Positions 18,943 through 28,003 of a stretch of 64,000 nucleotides of DNA are shown piece after piece (positions within the stretch are counted from its first letter, which is position 1; every line of letters starts with the position of its first letter). Under the pieces are notes generated by a model. That model had not been told where the DNA came from. It was given only the letters and a program-made list of their open reading frames with translations, and did no database searches. A program made the translations under genes and the position numbers. Origin of the DNA: an uncultured Candidatus Saccharibacteria bacterium (lineage in GTDB: Bacteria; Patescibacteriota; Minisyncoccia; Phycocordibacterales; UBA918); the NCBI GenBank assembly GCA_964552045.1, contig CAZKFF010000001.1:64120-128119 (forward strand), read 5' to 3'.

Positions 18943-19242
18943 ATGAAGCATTCCAGTATCGTACATGACGGTTCGCATGCGGCGATCAAGCTCCCGCGAA
19001 GGCTCTTGTCGAGCATCTGCCAGAACTTGGGCAGGCCCGGTCCAAGCTTCTCGCATGAGAAGAATGAGCTCGGCGGCATGCAGCTTCATGTCTACTGCAC
19101 CGACGACAGCGGCACAGTCACCACGGCGGTGCACGGGACCGTCAGGCGCGTCTCGCGCAAAAGCCTGCGCCGGTGGGCGTTCGTGGGCAGCCGCATCGAA
19201 GACCTCACATCGTTCGACGCGAAAAAACTGGTCCGCATCTGA
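18943..19242 (+). CDS. hypothetical protein (99 aa)
   Basis: GAGGGAGG RBS immediately upstream of the ATG at 18943. GC-rich. No known domain. Confidence 0.4.
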   Translation: MKHSSIVHDGSHAAIKLPRRLLSSICQNLGRPGPSFSHEKNELGGMQLHVYCTDDSGTVTTAVHGTVRRVSRKSLRRWAFVGSRIEDLTSFDAKKLVRI

Positions 19243-19313
19243 ATCGTTCCAGGACGCACGAAGAAGCCGAGCATATCTGCTCGGCTTTTCCTATGATCAC
19301 ATTGATACGCACG

Positions 19314-20039
19314 TTATCCGATGATCTTTATCGCTTTCATGATCGCCATCTTTACCGCATACTCCTCGTCAGTATACGTCCCGTCGAGCGCTGAAGTGAG
19401 CGCCCTGAGTATCTCCTGCAGCTGCTCCTCAGAAAGGCGGGAGCCTTCCTTTTTGAGCATCTCTGAAATGGCGGGGTCTTCCCCTTTCTTGAAGCGGTAG
19501 AGAGCATCAAGATCGGTGGTGGCATCCGCAAGCGCCACCATAGGACGATTACTGATCATCGTATATGAAGCGGTCGTATTTCCGGCAAGGATCGCCTCTG
19601 CGAGTGACCCCGATGTTATCGGCTCCTGGGAAAGGTCGATAGCCGTATCTGCTGTCATCTCTCCTTCTTCGGTATCCATTTCTGAAAGCAGCGTTTCCAT
19701 ACGCGCGAGATTGACGACCACCCACCCGTCTTCACTTGGGAACGATATCCGCGCTTGAGCGAGCACAGTATCGAGTGCTGAACCGCGCGCATCCTCTGAC
19801 GGTACCTTCCCGATGAAATAGCGCATCGCATCACTTGAGAGGAGTACCTTTTGCGCATGTGCCTGGTTCTCAAGCGAGGTAAGGGCGGCATCCTCGCTTG
19901 CAGGACTCATCGTATCGAAGTCGAATGCTCCTGTGGGCAGATCAACCGGACCCGCTGCAGCGTGTGTGACGGAATCAAGGTACGCTTCGGCGACCGGGGA
20001 TGCCCCCTCTACGCTTACATCAGTGTACGTGGTGTGCAC
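19314..20039 (-). CDS. acidic hypothetical protein, last gene of the sortase cluster
   Basis: 241 aa. GTG start with a GGGAG RBS 4 nt upstream. Begins 20 nt after the stop of the sorted surface protein. Asp/Glu-rich. Confidence 0.5.
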   Translation of the reverse strand: MHTTYTDVSVEGASPVAEAYLDSVTHAAAGPVDLPTGAFDFDTMSPASEDAALTSLENQAHAQKVLLSSDAMRYFIGKVPSEDARGSALDTVLAQARISFPSEDGWVVVNLARMETLLSEMDTEEGEMTADTAIDLSQEPITSGSLAEAILAGNTTASYTMISNRPMVALADATTDLDALYRFKKGEDPAISEMLKKEGSRLSEEQLQEILRALTSALDGTYTDEEYAVKMAIMKAIKIIG

Positions 20040-20059
20040 TGGCTCCCTGAATCTGAAGC

Positions 20060-21211
20060 CTAAGAAACCTTTTTTTTTATGACAACAATGTATGCTACGA
20101 AGAGTGCCCAGAGGGTGAGGAGACCGTAGAAGATGAAAGTGAGCACTGGACCGGCTTCAAATCCCGTATAGGGAACTTCCGTCAGGTAAATACTTCCGAC
20201 AACCGGCTTCTGATCGCGCGTCTCAAGAACGATGATCTCGCCCTCTACTTCTACTTCAACTTTACAGGTTCTATCCTTGCTGCCTCGCTCCGCTTCGAGC
20301 GTATAGGTAGTATCCTTTGTTGGACGCAGCTTGATCTCGCCGTCAAGGAAGTCCTTCTTATCCCTGCTTGAGAGATCATCGGTATCAACAAGCGTATTGC
20401 CGTGATTGTCCTTCAGAAGGATGTCGTACGCATTGGTAGTTTCCCACTCTAGCGTTATTTCTTTCCCCCTCTTTATTTTTTTCGCAGAGATGTCGAGATC
20501 ACACTTCGGCGTCTTTGATCCGCCTCCTCCGTATGAACCCTGTGAATAGTACGAACTCTGGCTGTAATTGTTATATGAGCCCTGCGAATAGTAACTGCTC
20601 TGGGAGTAGTAACTGCTTTGAGAATATGACGGCTCATCCACGACTACCTTAGCATTGCAGGTATCGTCATCACCGGTACCTTCGGCGGTGAGCTGGAAGG
20701 TCGTATCGTCTGTAACATGGACAACCTTTGTCCCGTTAGCATTCACTTCGCCAACGCCATTATCAATGGTGACTTTCGTTGCATTCGTGGTCTTCCAGGT
20801 GAGGGTCACATCGCCGCCGCCATTCGGAAGCGAAGATGGAGAGGCGGTAAAGAGATCACAGGATGCATTCGATACATATGACGACTGCGAATAGTACGAA
20901 CTTTGAGAGTAATAAGAACTCTGGGAGTAGTAGGAACTCTGAGAATAGTAATCACTCTGGGAGTAGTAGCTTCCCTGCGAGTAGTAGCTGCTCTGAGAAT
21001 AGTAATCGCTCTGAGAGTAATAAGAACTCTGGGAATAGTAATCGCTCTGAGAATAGTAATCGCTTTGCGAGTAACAACTGCCACAGCTGGTCTGAGCCTC
21101 TGCTGTACCCAGCAAAAGCGGAGAACCGGCGACATAGCTCAGTATCCCGAACACTGCAAAAAATACCAGTGCAGCGATAAGTGTCTTGTTGATTAATGTT
21201 GTCATATACAT
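20060..21211 (-). CDS. sortase-substrate surface protein with Tyr-rich repeats and two Cys-bounded beta-domains
   Basis: Signal peptide MTTLINKTLIAALVFFAVFGILSYVAGS. (S-D/S-YY-S-Q)n repeat blocks. C-terminal sorting signal VPYTG, then the hydrophobic stretch FEAGPVLTFIFYGLLTLWALFVAYIVVI, then KKK. The ORF track extends to 21382, but that start overlaps the upstream gene. Confidence 0.65.
   Translation of the reverse strand: MYMTTLINKTLIAALVFFAVFGILSYVAGSPLLLGTAEAQTSCGSCYSQSDYYSQSDYYSQSSYYSQSDYYSQSSYYSQGSYYSQSDYYSQSSYYSQSSYYSQSSYYSQSSYVSNASCDLFTASPSSLPNGGGDVTLTWKTTNATKVTIDNGVGEVNANGTKVVHVTDDTTFQLTAEGTGDDDTCNAKVVVDEPSYSQSSYYSQSSYYSQGSYNNYSQSSYYSQGSYGGGGSKTPKCDLDISAKKIKRGKEITLEWETTNAYDILLKDNHGNTLVDTDDLSSRDKKDFLDGEIKLRPTKDTTYTLEAERGSKDRTCKVEVEVEGEIIVLETRDQKPVVGSIYLTEVPYTGFEAGPVLTFIFYGLLTLWALFVAYIVVIKKKVS
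20512..20640 (-). repeat. coding repeat (S-S-Y-Y-S-Q)n block 2
   Basis: Second, shorter block of the same pentapeptide repeat: SYSQSSYYSQSSYYSQGSY... Confidence 0.75.
20863..21073 (-). repeat. coding repeat (S-D/S-Y-Y-S-Q)n block 1
   Basis: About 14 tandem 15-nt units. Confidence 0.8.
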
Positions 21212-21253
21212 GTAGTAAATAATATACCGCCCGAATCTCTTCGGATGCCAATA

Positions 21254-21325
21254 GTTGTGCATCGCACAACTGCTCGCATCCAAATTGATAGTGGTTCCGG
21301 ACGCAAGCATGGGTGCTTGCGTCCG
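21254..21325 (-). other. two stable hairpins in the intergenic region between the secreted-protein gene and the sorted-protein gene
   Basis: gttgtgc-atc-gcacaac has a 7-bp stem. ccggacgcaagca-tggg-tgcttgcgtccg has a 12-bp stem at 21298-21325. No clear U-tract. Confidence 0.4.
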
Positions 21326-21332
21326 AAGACCG

Positions 21333-21782
21333 TCAGACCGGCGAGTAGGACCACTCCTCTCCGCCGACCCGTTCCATGACATAGGTGCCGTCCTTCGTGA
21401 TCGCCGGAGTCGAGACCCAGCCGGTGTACTCCGGACAGGTCACATAGACCGCGATCCTGGTGCCGGATGTGACGAACTGGTCGCGGCACTGCGCGTTCTG
21501 CATCGTCGCGATGCGTTCGAACGTGCCGCGCTTGTAACGCAGGTGCACCACCCACTCGTTGGTTCCGTCAGGACGAGTGATGATCCGGTGCTCACGGTCT
21601 GTGAAGCAGACCGTGACCTTGATCGTAGGGTGCACATCGCTCTGCCCATGGTAGTGCGTTTCCGGCACAACCGGACACACGACCTTCTGGGCGCAGTTGT
21701 CAGCGAATGCCGGCGATGCGATCCCGAGCGAGCCGCCAAGCAGCAGTGAAGCAGCAAGGACGGCAGCAGCATACTTGGTCAT
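21333..21782 (-). CDS. secreted hypothetical protein (high-GC gene)
   Basis: Signal peptide MTKYAAAVLAASLLLGGSLGIASPAFA. Four Cys. About 62% GC against about 48% in the neighbours. Confidence 0.5.
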   Translation of the reverse strand: MTKYAAAVLAASLLLGGSLGIASPAFADNCAQKVVCPVVPETHYHGQSDVHPTIKVTVCFTDREHRIITRPDGTNEWVVHLRYKRGTFERIATMQNAQCRDQFVTSGTRIAVYVTCPEYTGWVSTPAITKDGTYVMERVGGEEWSYSPV

Positions 21783-22123
21783 TGAAATGCGCCTCCGTAG
21801 CGCTTCGTTGTGAAAGCAGCACCATGCCGCTTTCTGTTCAATGTGCGAAGCCTCCCGTCGTGGCAATACGGAAGCTCACCGAGCTTCCGTACATACACGT
21901 GGAGAGCTTGCTTGTAAGAAGACCAACCCATCGGTTCCAAAAAGAAAGCTCACCGCCTGTGTCTCCAGTATGCATGAGATAGATATTATTGAAGAGAAGT
22001 ACTTTCGAGATACTATACCCCAAAGAACTGAGCAATACTTCACTTTAGCCCATTTATGACAATTTGTCAAGAGCTCCGTTCAGCATTGATTATAAGGGCA
22101 CGGCAATGAGGTTTTTGTGAATT

Positions 22124-22807
22124 TTAGAGCTTTTTGGTCTCAATAAGAGACGCCTCAACGACGAAACGGTCGTCTTTTGAGCCGAAACTGTTGCAGGTTG
22201 CAAGCGTCAGCTTTGCCTTCCCCGGAGTTGCAGGCACAGCGACTTCACTCGCTTTTGCCTTGTACACATTCTGGACGCGATAAATATACTCCGCATCTGC
22301 AGAACGGACGCGGATCGTGTCTCCCCAGACCAGATTCTGGATACCGTTGAAAGCCTGAAAATTCTTGTTGAAGACAGTCGGCAGATAGCTCGAATGCCCG
22401 AGGATGAACATATTGCCCTTGGTCGTAAGATCAGCTGAATCAGGATGGCGCACAGCGCCGGAAAGAAGTGCAGCATCAAGGTCCGCAACTTCATCGGAAT
22501 CCGGGTTGAGTACGGGCACTTCTTTGCCCAGTGAATCGAATATGATGCTTGTCGGCAGCGCTGAGTGCGGTTCTTCTTCAACCACGGCAACTACGCGTTC
22601 TTCTGCTGGCTCTGTGTCCGATTCTTCAATCATCTCCGTATCTGTATCTTCTGTGGAGGCATCAGCTTTGTGCGGCTCAGGATAAAAATCAAGCGCAAAT
22701 AAAAGCCCGTACGTCATGAGCACGACGATGAAGAACACCACGAGAAATGGCGCACGGTTGACCTTTATTTGAGCATAGAGCTCTTCAAACAATTCACGTA
22801 TGTCCAT
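22124..22807 (-). CDS. sortase (transpeptidase) family protein
   Basis: N-terminal TM anchor. Catalytic His context NMFILGHS and the conserved TLxTC block KLTLATCNSF. Confidence 0.75.
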   Translation of the reverse strand: MDIRELFEELYAQIKVNRAPFLVVFFIVVLMTYGLLFALDFYPEPHKADASTEDTDTEMIEESDTEPAEERVVAVVEEEPHSALPTSIIFDSLGKEVPVLNPDSDEVADLDAALLSGAVRHPDSADLTTKGNMFILGHSSYLPTVFNKNFQAFNGIQNLVWGDTIRVRSADAEYIYRVQNVYKAKASEVAVPATPGKAKLTLATCNSFGSKDDRFVVEASLIETKKL

Positions 22808-23038
22808 AAAATAGTCACGACATAATACATTATTTTTGTCAAAAGTCAACCCTTTCCTGTTCAGGTGAAGGTTGACACTAGCTACATAATATGATATGGT
22901 TCATGTGTACTATTCCAATCGGCAATTGGATCTCGTTCTCACTACTTTTGCGTCCTTTTCCCTCAGTGTATGGGGGCTTTTGTGCAATTGCATTGAGGCG
23001 GCGGCGTACGATAACGTTAGTAATAGTTTTTAATTTTT

Positions 23039-24064
23039 ATGAATCAGGTATCAGAGGATAAGAAGACGACGCTCATGAAGGTTCTAGCCATTCTGGGCTT
23101 TCTGGCGATCATCATTCTCGCTGTGTGGCTTGCGGTGAAAATCGTAAGCGTCATACCGAGTGCATTCTCGTCTTTGGCTTCGCTCGCTGACAGCGTATAC
23201 AACTACGACCGCGAAGAGAAGCTCGAGGTAGCAACTGAGAACAGCGTGGTCAATGCTGGTGAGGCGTTCACCATCTCATGGACAAACATGCGGGAGAACG
23301 GTTCGTACACGTTCTCATACTCATGTATCGACGGAGTTTCGGTGGACATCCGCGATCAGGAGGGCACTATTGAAGCACTTGCCTGTGACACGCCGCTTGA
23401 TGTGCAGCATGAAACGTCGCTTGAGATCCGTATCTCATCGGAAAAATCACGATTCGTCGATGTTCCCTATACGATCACCTTTACCGCGAGCGATGAGGAA
23501 GGATCAGCTCTCTCAAGCAAATCCACTGTTACTATCGTCAATGCCACCATACCGACTTCAGGCCTAGTACAGGAAGAGCCTGAGGAAGAAGAGACAGTTA
23601 CACCGGAAGCAGCAAAGCCGGAAGCTGCTCCAAAAGCGCCGCGTTACACTCCAGGCACGCCTGTTGTCACCAAAAAGATAATCTACACCATCCCGGTGTC
23701 TGATCCGAATGGAACGATCGACCTCCAGGTCACCTATCTTGGTGCGGGTACGCTTTCACAGTTTGGCTTTATCAAGAAATCAAGCATTGATATTGATGAC
23801 CAGGGCGCAGTGCAGTTTGAGGTCAAGAACATCGGCACCAAAACTGCAGAAGACTGGGAATATGAAGCAGAGCTTCCCGGCGACATCACCTACTCATCAA
23901 ACGACCAGAAGGCTTTGAAGCCGAACGAACGTGCGGTTATTACCCTCGGATTTGAAGGACTCAGCAATGATGGTACAGAAAAAGTAAGCGTCGAGGTCAC
24001 CGCAAAGCATGACGTGAAGAAGTCGAACAATGACTTTACACACACTGTTAAGATCACTGACTAA
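23039..24064 (+). CDS. membrane-anchored extracellular hypothetical protein
   Basis: N-terminal TM LMKVLAILGFLAIIILAVWLAV. Acidic, Pro-rich linker. Beta-rich C-terminal region. Confidence 0.5.
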   Translation: MNQVSEDKKTTLMKVLAILGFLAIIILAVWLAVKIVSVIPSAFSSLASLADSVYNYDREEKLEVATENSVVNAGEAFTISWTNMRENGSYTFSYSCIDGVSVDIRDQEGTIEALACDTPLDVQHETSLEIRISSEKSRFVDVPYTITFTASDEEGSALSSKSTVTIVNATIPTSGLVQEEPEEEETVTPEAAKPEAAPKAPRYTPGTPVVTKKIIYTIPVSDPNGTIDLQVTYLGAGTLSQFGFIKKSSIDIDDQGAVQFEVKNIGTKTAEDWEYEAELPGDITYSSNDQKALKPNERAVITLGFEGLSNDGTEKVSVEVTAKHDVKKSNNDFTHTVKITD

Positions 24065-24072
24065 CATTAAAA

Positions 24073-24103
24073 AAAGCCGCAGGAGTGATCCGCGGCTTTT
24101 TTA
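24073..24103. terminator. bidirectional terminator hairpin
   Basis: aaaaagccgc-aggagtgatc-cgcggctttttt between convergent genes. Confidence 0.5.
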
Positions 24104-25492
24104 GCGCCCAAACCACAAAACCTTTTTGTCGGGATCCTGCTCTTCGGGGAAAAGCGCATTCCAGGTTGCCCGGTCCACTGTCCCTGGTATGACCTCGGAC
24201 TCAAGCATTTCCTTGCTGAAGACGCGCTGCTGAAAATCATATACCGCTTGTCGCGTGCCGGTGCCGTACAGTCCGTCAATTGCCACGCTTTCGTCCCCGT
24301 ACTCGTAGAGTGCCATCTGCACCTTTATGGTAAGCGCTCTTTTTTGCGGAGCCTCAGCCTCATCGAGTTCCATTGAGATGATCGTCTTGACCGTATCGAG
24401 CATAGCGCCGACCACTTCCGGCCCATGAATAAGGACGATGGTGTACTTTTCCCCGCTTGGCGACATCCGGTCTATGGCACCCCATTCGATGCCCGAAGGC
24501 ATGCGCACTCCAGCAGCACAGTCGCGGTCAAGGAACACCGGCGAACCGGAAATGCCCTCAAGGTCGTAGGCATTTTGCTTCTGGTCACCGTTGGAATCGT
24601 TCATCTTTGTGAGGAACGCATACGAAGACAAGAATGCTTCCTCGTATTCTCTGCTCGCGCGTGCTCCGAACAGCGCCTCTTTTTCATCTGTGGTTAGCAA
24701 CCCTTCTGTCACCTTGAATACGACGCCGGAGAGGATGTCGGTCCCGTCACTTGCCCTGCCTCTCCGTTCATGGATCGAGGGGATATGCACGAGATTGCCG
24801 CTGATATCCTCTGACGCTTTCCTCCTATCCCACTGCAGCTGTACCTTGTCTATCTCCTCTTTTCCTTCTTCGTTGGTGACCAACTCCGATACCGCGCACC
24901 CGCCGATATCCTCCCTTCCCCCCAGAAGTTCACAGCGGAACGAATGCTCCATGACGTGCTTATTGGCGATGAGTGCGTCATTAACAAAAAATCCGTTACT
25001 GTATCCCGCAAGATACATGTCTTCATTATTGCGCTGATGCGCAAAGCGGATATGGGGAATGCGATCCTTTCCCTCATGCCTGATCTGTACCGACGGCCAT
25101 GATCCGCCCTCGCGGAAAAAACCCTCACGGTCAACCTCTGAACCCTCCAGAACAGAGCGGTCGGTGACCGGTATTCCTTCCTCTCCTTCAAGGATGCTCC
25201 AGATCTCCTCTTCAGTTATATCGATCCGGGCGAGTTCCATCTTCAATTGCTTCAGTCGGGCTTCGTATGCACGGATCGACCCCACCAAATCCTCGGCGTT
25301 TTCTGGCGAGAACGGCGACGCCTCAGCACCGTGCACGCCTGAGACACCCAATGCGCTTGCTGCAGCCAAAGCACCAGCTCCCTTTAAGAACTGGCGTCTT
25401 TGAAGACCCTGTGCATTCAGCTCATGAGCGTTATCCGCTGTCTTTGAGGTGCGGGGCGTATCTTTTTTAAAGAAAAGGCTTTCAAATCCCAT
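24101..25492 (-). CDS. Tat-secreted trypsin-like serine-protease-like protein with C-terminal peptidoglycan-binding domain
   Basis: Twin-arginine signal RRQFLKGAGALAAASALG. GISGSPVF resembles the S1 catalytic-Ser motif GxSGxPV. C-terminal LTIKVQMALYEYGDESVAIDGLYGTGTRQAVYDFQ resembles a PG_binding_1 repeat. Confidence 0.55.
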   Translation of the reverse strand: MGFESLFFKKDTPRTSKTADNAHELNAQGLQRRQFLKGAGALAAASALGVSGVHGAEASPFSPENAEDLVGSIRAYEARLKQLKMELARIDITEEEIWSILEGEEGIPVTDRSVLEGSEVDREGFFREGGSWPSVQIRHEGKDRIPHIRFAHQRNNEDMYLAGYSNGFFVNDALIANKHVMEHSFRCELLGGREDIGGCAVSELVTNEEGKEEIDKVQLQWDRRKASEDISGNLVHIPSIHERRGRASDGTDILSGVVFKVTEGLLTTDEKEALFGARASREYEEAFLSSYAFLTKMNDSNGDQKQNAYDLEGISGSPVFLDRDCAAGVRMPSGIEWGAIDRMSPSGEKYTIVLIHGPEVVGAMLDTVKTIISMELDEAEAPQKRALTIKVQMALYEYGDESVAIDGLYGTGTRQAVYDFQQRVFSKEMLESEVIPGTVDRATWNALFPEEQDPDKKVLWFGR

Positions 25493-25495
25493 GAA

Positions 25496-27598
25496 TTAGA
25501 TATCCAGGTTTGCAGTGTGGGCGTTTGACTGGATGAACAGCTTTCGGCTTTCCACATCCGTTCCCATCAGTATATCAAATACTTTGTCAGCTTCCTGCGC
25601 ATCTTCAATGGTGACCTGCCTGAGAATGCGGTTCTCAGGATTCATCGTAGTCTCCCAGAGCTCTTCGGCATTCATTTCGCCGAGGCCTTTGTACCGTTGA
25701 ATGCGGAACTTCGTGCCGCCCTTCTTCGCGGCTTCTTCCTCAGGCTCCTCATCAGCTTCCTCCTCCGTTGATTCGTCCTGCGCAATCTCATCGAGCGCTG
25801 ACGCCTCTTCACCGACAATATCGAATTTTTCCTGGTCGGAATATGCGTATGAGGTCATCTTGCCCTGCTGAATCTTGTACAGAGGAGGTTGCGCGATATA
25901 GATATATCCTTCTTCAATGAGCGGACGGAAATAGCGGTAGAAAAGTGTCAACAGAAGCGTGCGGATATGCGCTCCGTCCACGTCCGCATCAGTTGCGATG
26001 ATGATCTTGTGGTAACGCAGTTTCGAAAGATCGAACACGTCGCCGATGGCCGTCCCCAATGCAATGACAAGGTTCTTGATCTGTTCGGACACGAGCATCT
26101 TATCAATGCGCGCGCGTTCCACATTGAGGATCTTGCCGCGCAACGGCAGGATCGCCTGCGTACGCCGGTCACGGCCCATCTTCGCAGAACCTCCCGCAGA
26201 GTCTCCCTCCACGATGAAGAGCTCGGATTCCTCTGCACTCTTGGTCTGACAGTCCGCAAGTTTTCCCGGCAGCGACATGCCCTCAAGCGCACCCTTGCGC
26301 AATACCGAATCTTTTGCCGCTTTTGCAGCCTTTCGCGCTTTCACAGCGATAATCACCTTGTTGATGATCGCTTTGGCATCATCGGGATTCTCCTCAAGAT
26401 ATTCGGTGAACGCCTCTCCGAAAATGGTCTCAACGGCGCTGCGCGCTTCGACGCTGCCAAGTTTGCCTTTGGTTTGTCCTTCAAATTGGATCTCCGGCAT
26501 TTTCACTGACACAACTGCAGTGATCCCCTCGAGCACATCGTCTCCGGTAAAGCCGGCGTCCTTATCCTTCTCTTTGAAGAAATTGTTCTTTTTTGCGTAA
26601 TTGTTGAGCGTGCGGGTGAGGGCTGTCTTAAAACCCGTTATGTGCGTTCCATGCTCAGGGTTGTAAATATTGTTCGCAAAGGCGGAGATGCGCGACTGAA
26701 TGTCATCGACGTACTGCAGCGCGACCTCAACGGACATGACCGGACCCTCCATGCTGTTCTTCTCAACGTAGAAGATATTCTTGTGGACTGGCTTTTGATA
26801 CTGGTTGTTGAACGCGACAAGTGATTTCAGCCCCCCCTCGAAGTAGAAGGACATGCTCGGAACCTCAAGATGCTCGTCGGCGAGGTAGATGACCTCAGCG
26901 ATGCTGTTGGCATCAAGTCTCGCCTGGCTTTCGCGTGCATCAAGCACGGTCATGTGCAGTCCTTTCACGAGATACGCCTGCTGGCGCAGATGTCCGACGA
27001 TACGCTTCCAGTCATACTTGATCTCAGGGAAGATCGCCGGATCGGCCTGGAACAAGACGATCGATCCATTGAACGACGTCGCGCTCAATTTCTTGACCTT
27101 CGCCTTTGCCTTGCCGATAGCGTATTCCTGCATGTAGTGGCCGCCGTCCTTGTGCACGTCAACGCGCATATGTGTTGAAAGTGCATTCACCACCGACGCG
27201 CCGACGCCATGGAGTCCGCCGGAAACTTTGTAGCCCGTCCCTTCGCCGCCGAACTTGCCGCCGGCATGGAGCGTAGTCATGATCGTCTCAAGCGCGGAGA
27301 CCTTCGTCTGCTTATGGATATCGACAGGAATGCCGCGGCCGTTGTCAACCACGCGGATATAATTGTCCGGCAGCAGCGCCACTTCGACACGATTGGCAAA
27401 ACCACCCATCGCCTCGTCGCGTGAGTTGTCGAATATTTCCCAGATCAGGTGATGAAGGCCATCGAGACCGGTGGTACCGATGTACATTCCTGGACGTTTG
27501 CGCACCGGTTCCAGCCCTTCGAGTACGGAGATTGAAGAGGCATCATATCCGCTCTTTTTTTTGGCATCCTTCTGTGCAGCTACTTTTTTTACAGGCAT
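25496..27598 (-). CDS. gyrB: type IIA topoisomerase ATPase subunit (GyrB/ParE family, most likely DNA gyrase B)
   Basis: GHKL ATPase domain (LHHLIWEIFDNSRDEAMGG, GLHGVGASVVNALS), a TOPRIM domain, and a C-terminal tail ending EELWETTMNP... Confidence 0.85.
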   Translation of the reverse strand: MPVKKVAAQKDAKKKSGYDASSISVLEGLEPVRKRPGMYIGTTGLDGLHHLIWEIFDNSRDEAMGGFANRVEVALLPDNYIRVVDNGRGIPVDIHKQTKVSALETIMTTLHAGGKFGGEGTGYKVSGGLHGVGASVVNALSTHMRVDVHKDGGHYMQEYAIGKAKAKVKKLSATSFNGSIVLFQADPAIFPEIKYDWKRIVGHLRQQAYLVKGLHMTVLDARESQARLDANSIAEVIYLADEHLEVPSMSFYFEGGLKSLVAFNNQYQKPVHKNIFYVEKNSMEGPVMSVEVALQYVDDIQSRISAFANNIYNPEHGTHITGFKTALTRTLNNYAKKNNFFKEKDKDAGFTGDDVLEGITAVVSVKMPEIQFEGQTKGKLGSVEARSAVETIFGEAFTEYLEENPDDAKAIINKVIIAVKARKAAKAAKDSVLRKGALEGMSLPGKLADCQTKSAEESELFIVEGDSAGGSAKMGRDRRTQAILPLRGKILNVERARIDKMLVSEQIKNLVIALGTAIGDVFDLSKLRYHKIIIATDADVDGAHIRTLLLTLFYRYFRPLIEEGYIYIAQPPLYKIQQGKMTSYAYSDQEKFDIVGEEASALDEIAQDESTEEEADEEPEEEAAKKGGTKFRIQRYKGLGEMNAEELWETTMNPENRILRQVTIEDAQEADKVFDILMGTDVESRKLFIQSNAHTANLDI

Positions 27599-27746
27599 GA
27601 GTTCAATTTTTTCTTAAATAGTGCCTCTTAGTATAGCAAAAAACATGCTCTCATGCTTCTTGCGGAAGTGGGAAAATGAGCCTTAATTCCATTGCAAAAT
27701 CACTGTTTTTGGGTATCCTGTAAGACCGCATCAAGGAGGTCGCGGC

Positions 27747-27950
27747 ATGGGCGCAAATATGGTGATACGGACACCCAATTACGGGGAGGCTGTCCGTGAA
27801 TACAGGACACAGACAGGTGAATGGTCGCGCGATCCAGACGACGCGTTCCACACCTCAGAGGAGGACGCAAAGGCGATCGTGCGCACGCTGAGGCAGGCGG
27901 ACAGGGCGCCAGCGCTCTATGAGTACGAGGAGAAACCTGTAGCACAGTAG
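27747..27950 (+). CDS. small hypothetical protein (67 aa)
   Basis: AGGAGG RBS 8 nt before the ATG. Terminator hairpin immediately downstream. Confidence 0.35.
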   Translation: MGANMVIRTPNYGEAVREYRTQTGEWSRDPDDAFHTSEEDAKAIVRTLRQADRAPALYEYEEKPVAQ

Positions 27951-27961
27951 ATGCAGTCCGG

Positions 27962-28002
27962 GCGTCCGTTTTGGTACTGATGTATTAAAACGGACGCTTT
28001 TT
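27962..28002 (+). terminator. intrinsic terminator hairpin
   Basis: gcgtccgtttt...aaaacggacgc has an 11-bp perfect stem, followed by ttttt. Confidence 0.6.
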
Positions 28003-28003
28003 C

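Noticed and set aside
18965-19324. Alternative 119-aa Arg-rich ORF overlapping the 18943..19242 gene in another frame
   Set aside because: Typical GC-rich shadow frame. It lacks the RBS that precedes the 18943 ATG.
20806-21269. ORFs 20806..21135(-), 20863..21180(+), 20903..21196(+) and 20952..21269(-) inside the sortase-substrate gene
   Set aside because: Frame or antisense artefacts of the SDYYSQ repeat DNA. No start context or domain.
27651-27945. Minus-strand ORFs 27651..27851 and 27700..27945 upstream of gyrB
   Set aside because: They overlap the better-supported plus-strand small ORF (with its AGGAGG RBS) and the likely gyrB promoter region. Cys/Pro/Arg-rich shadow frames.
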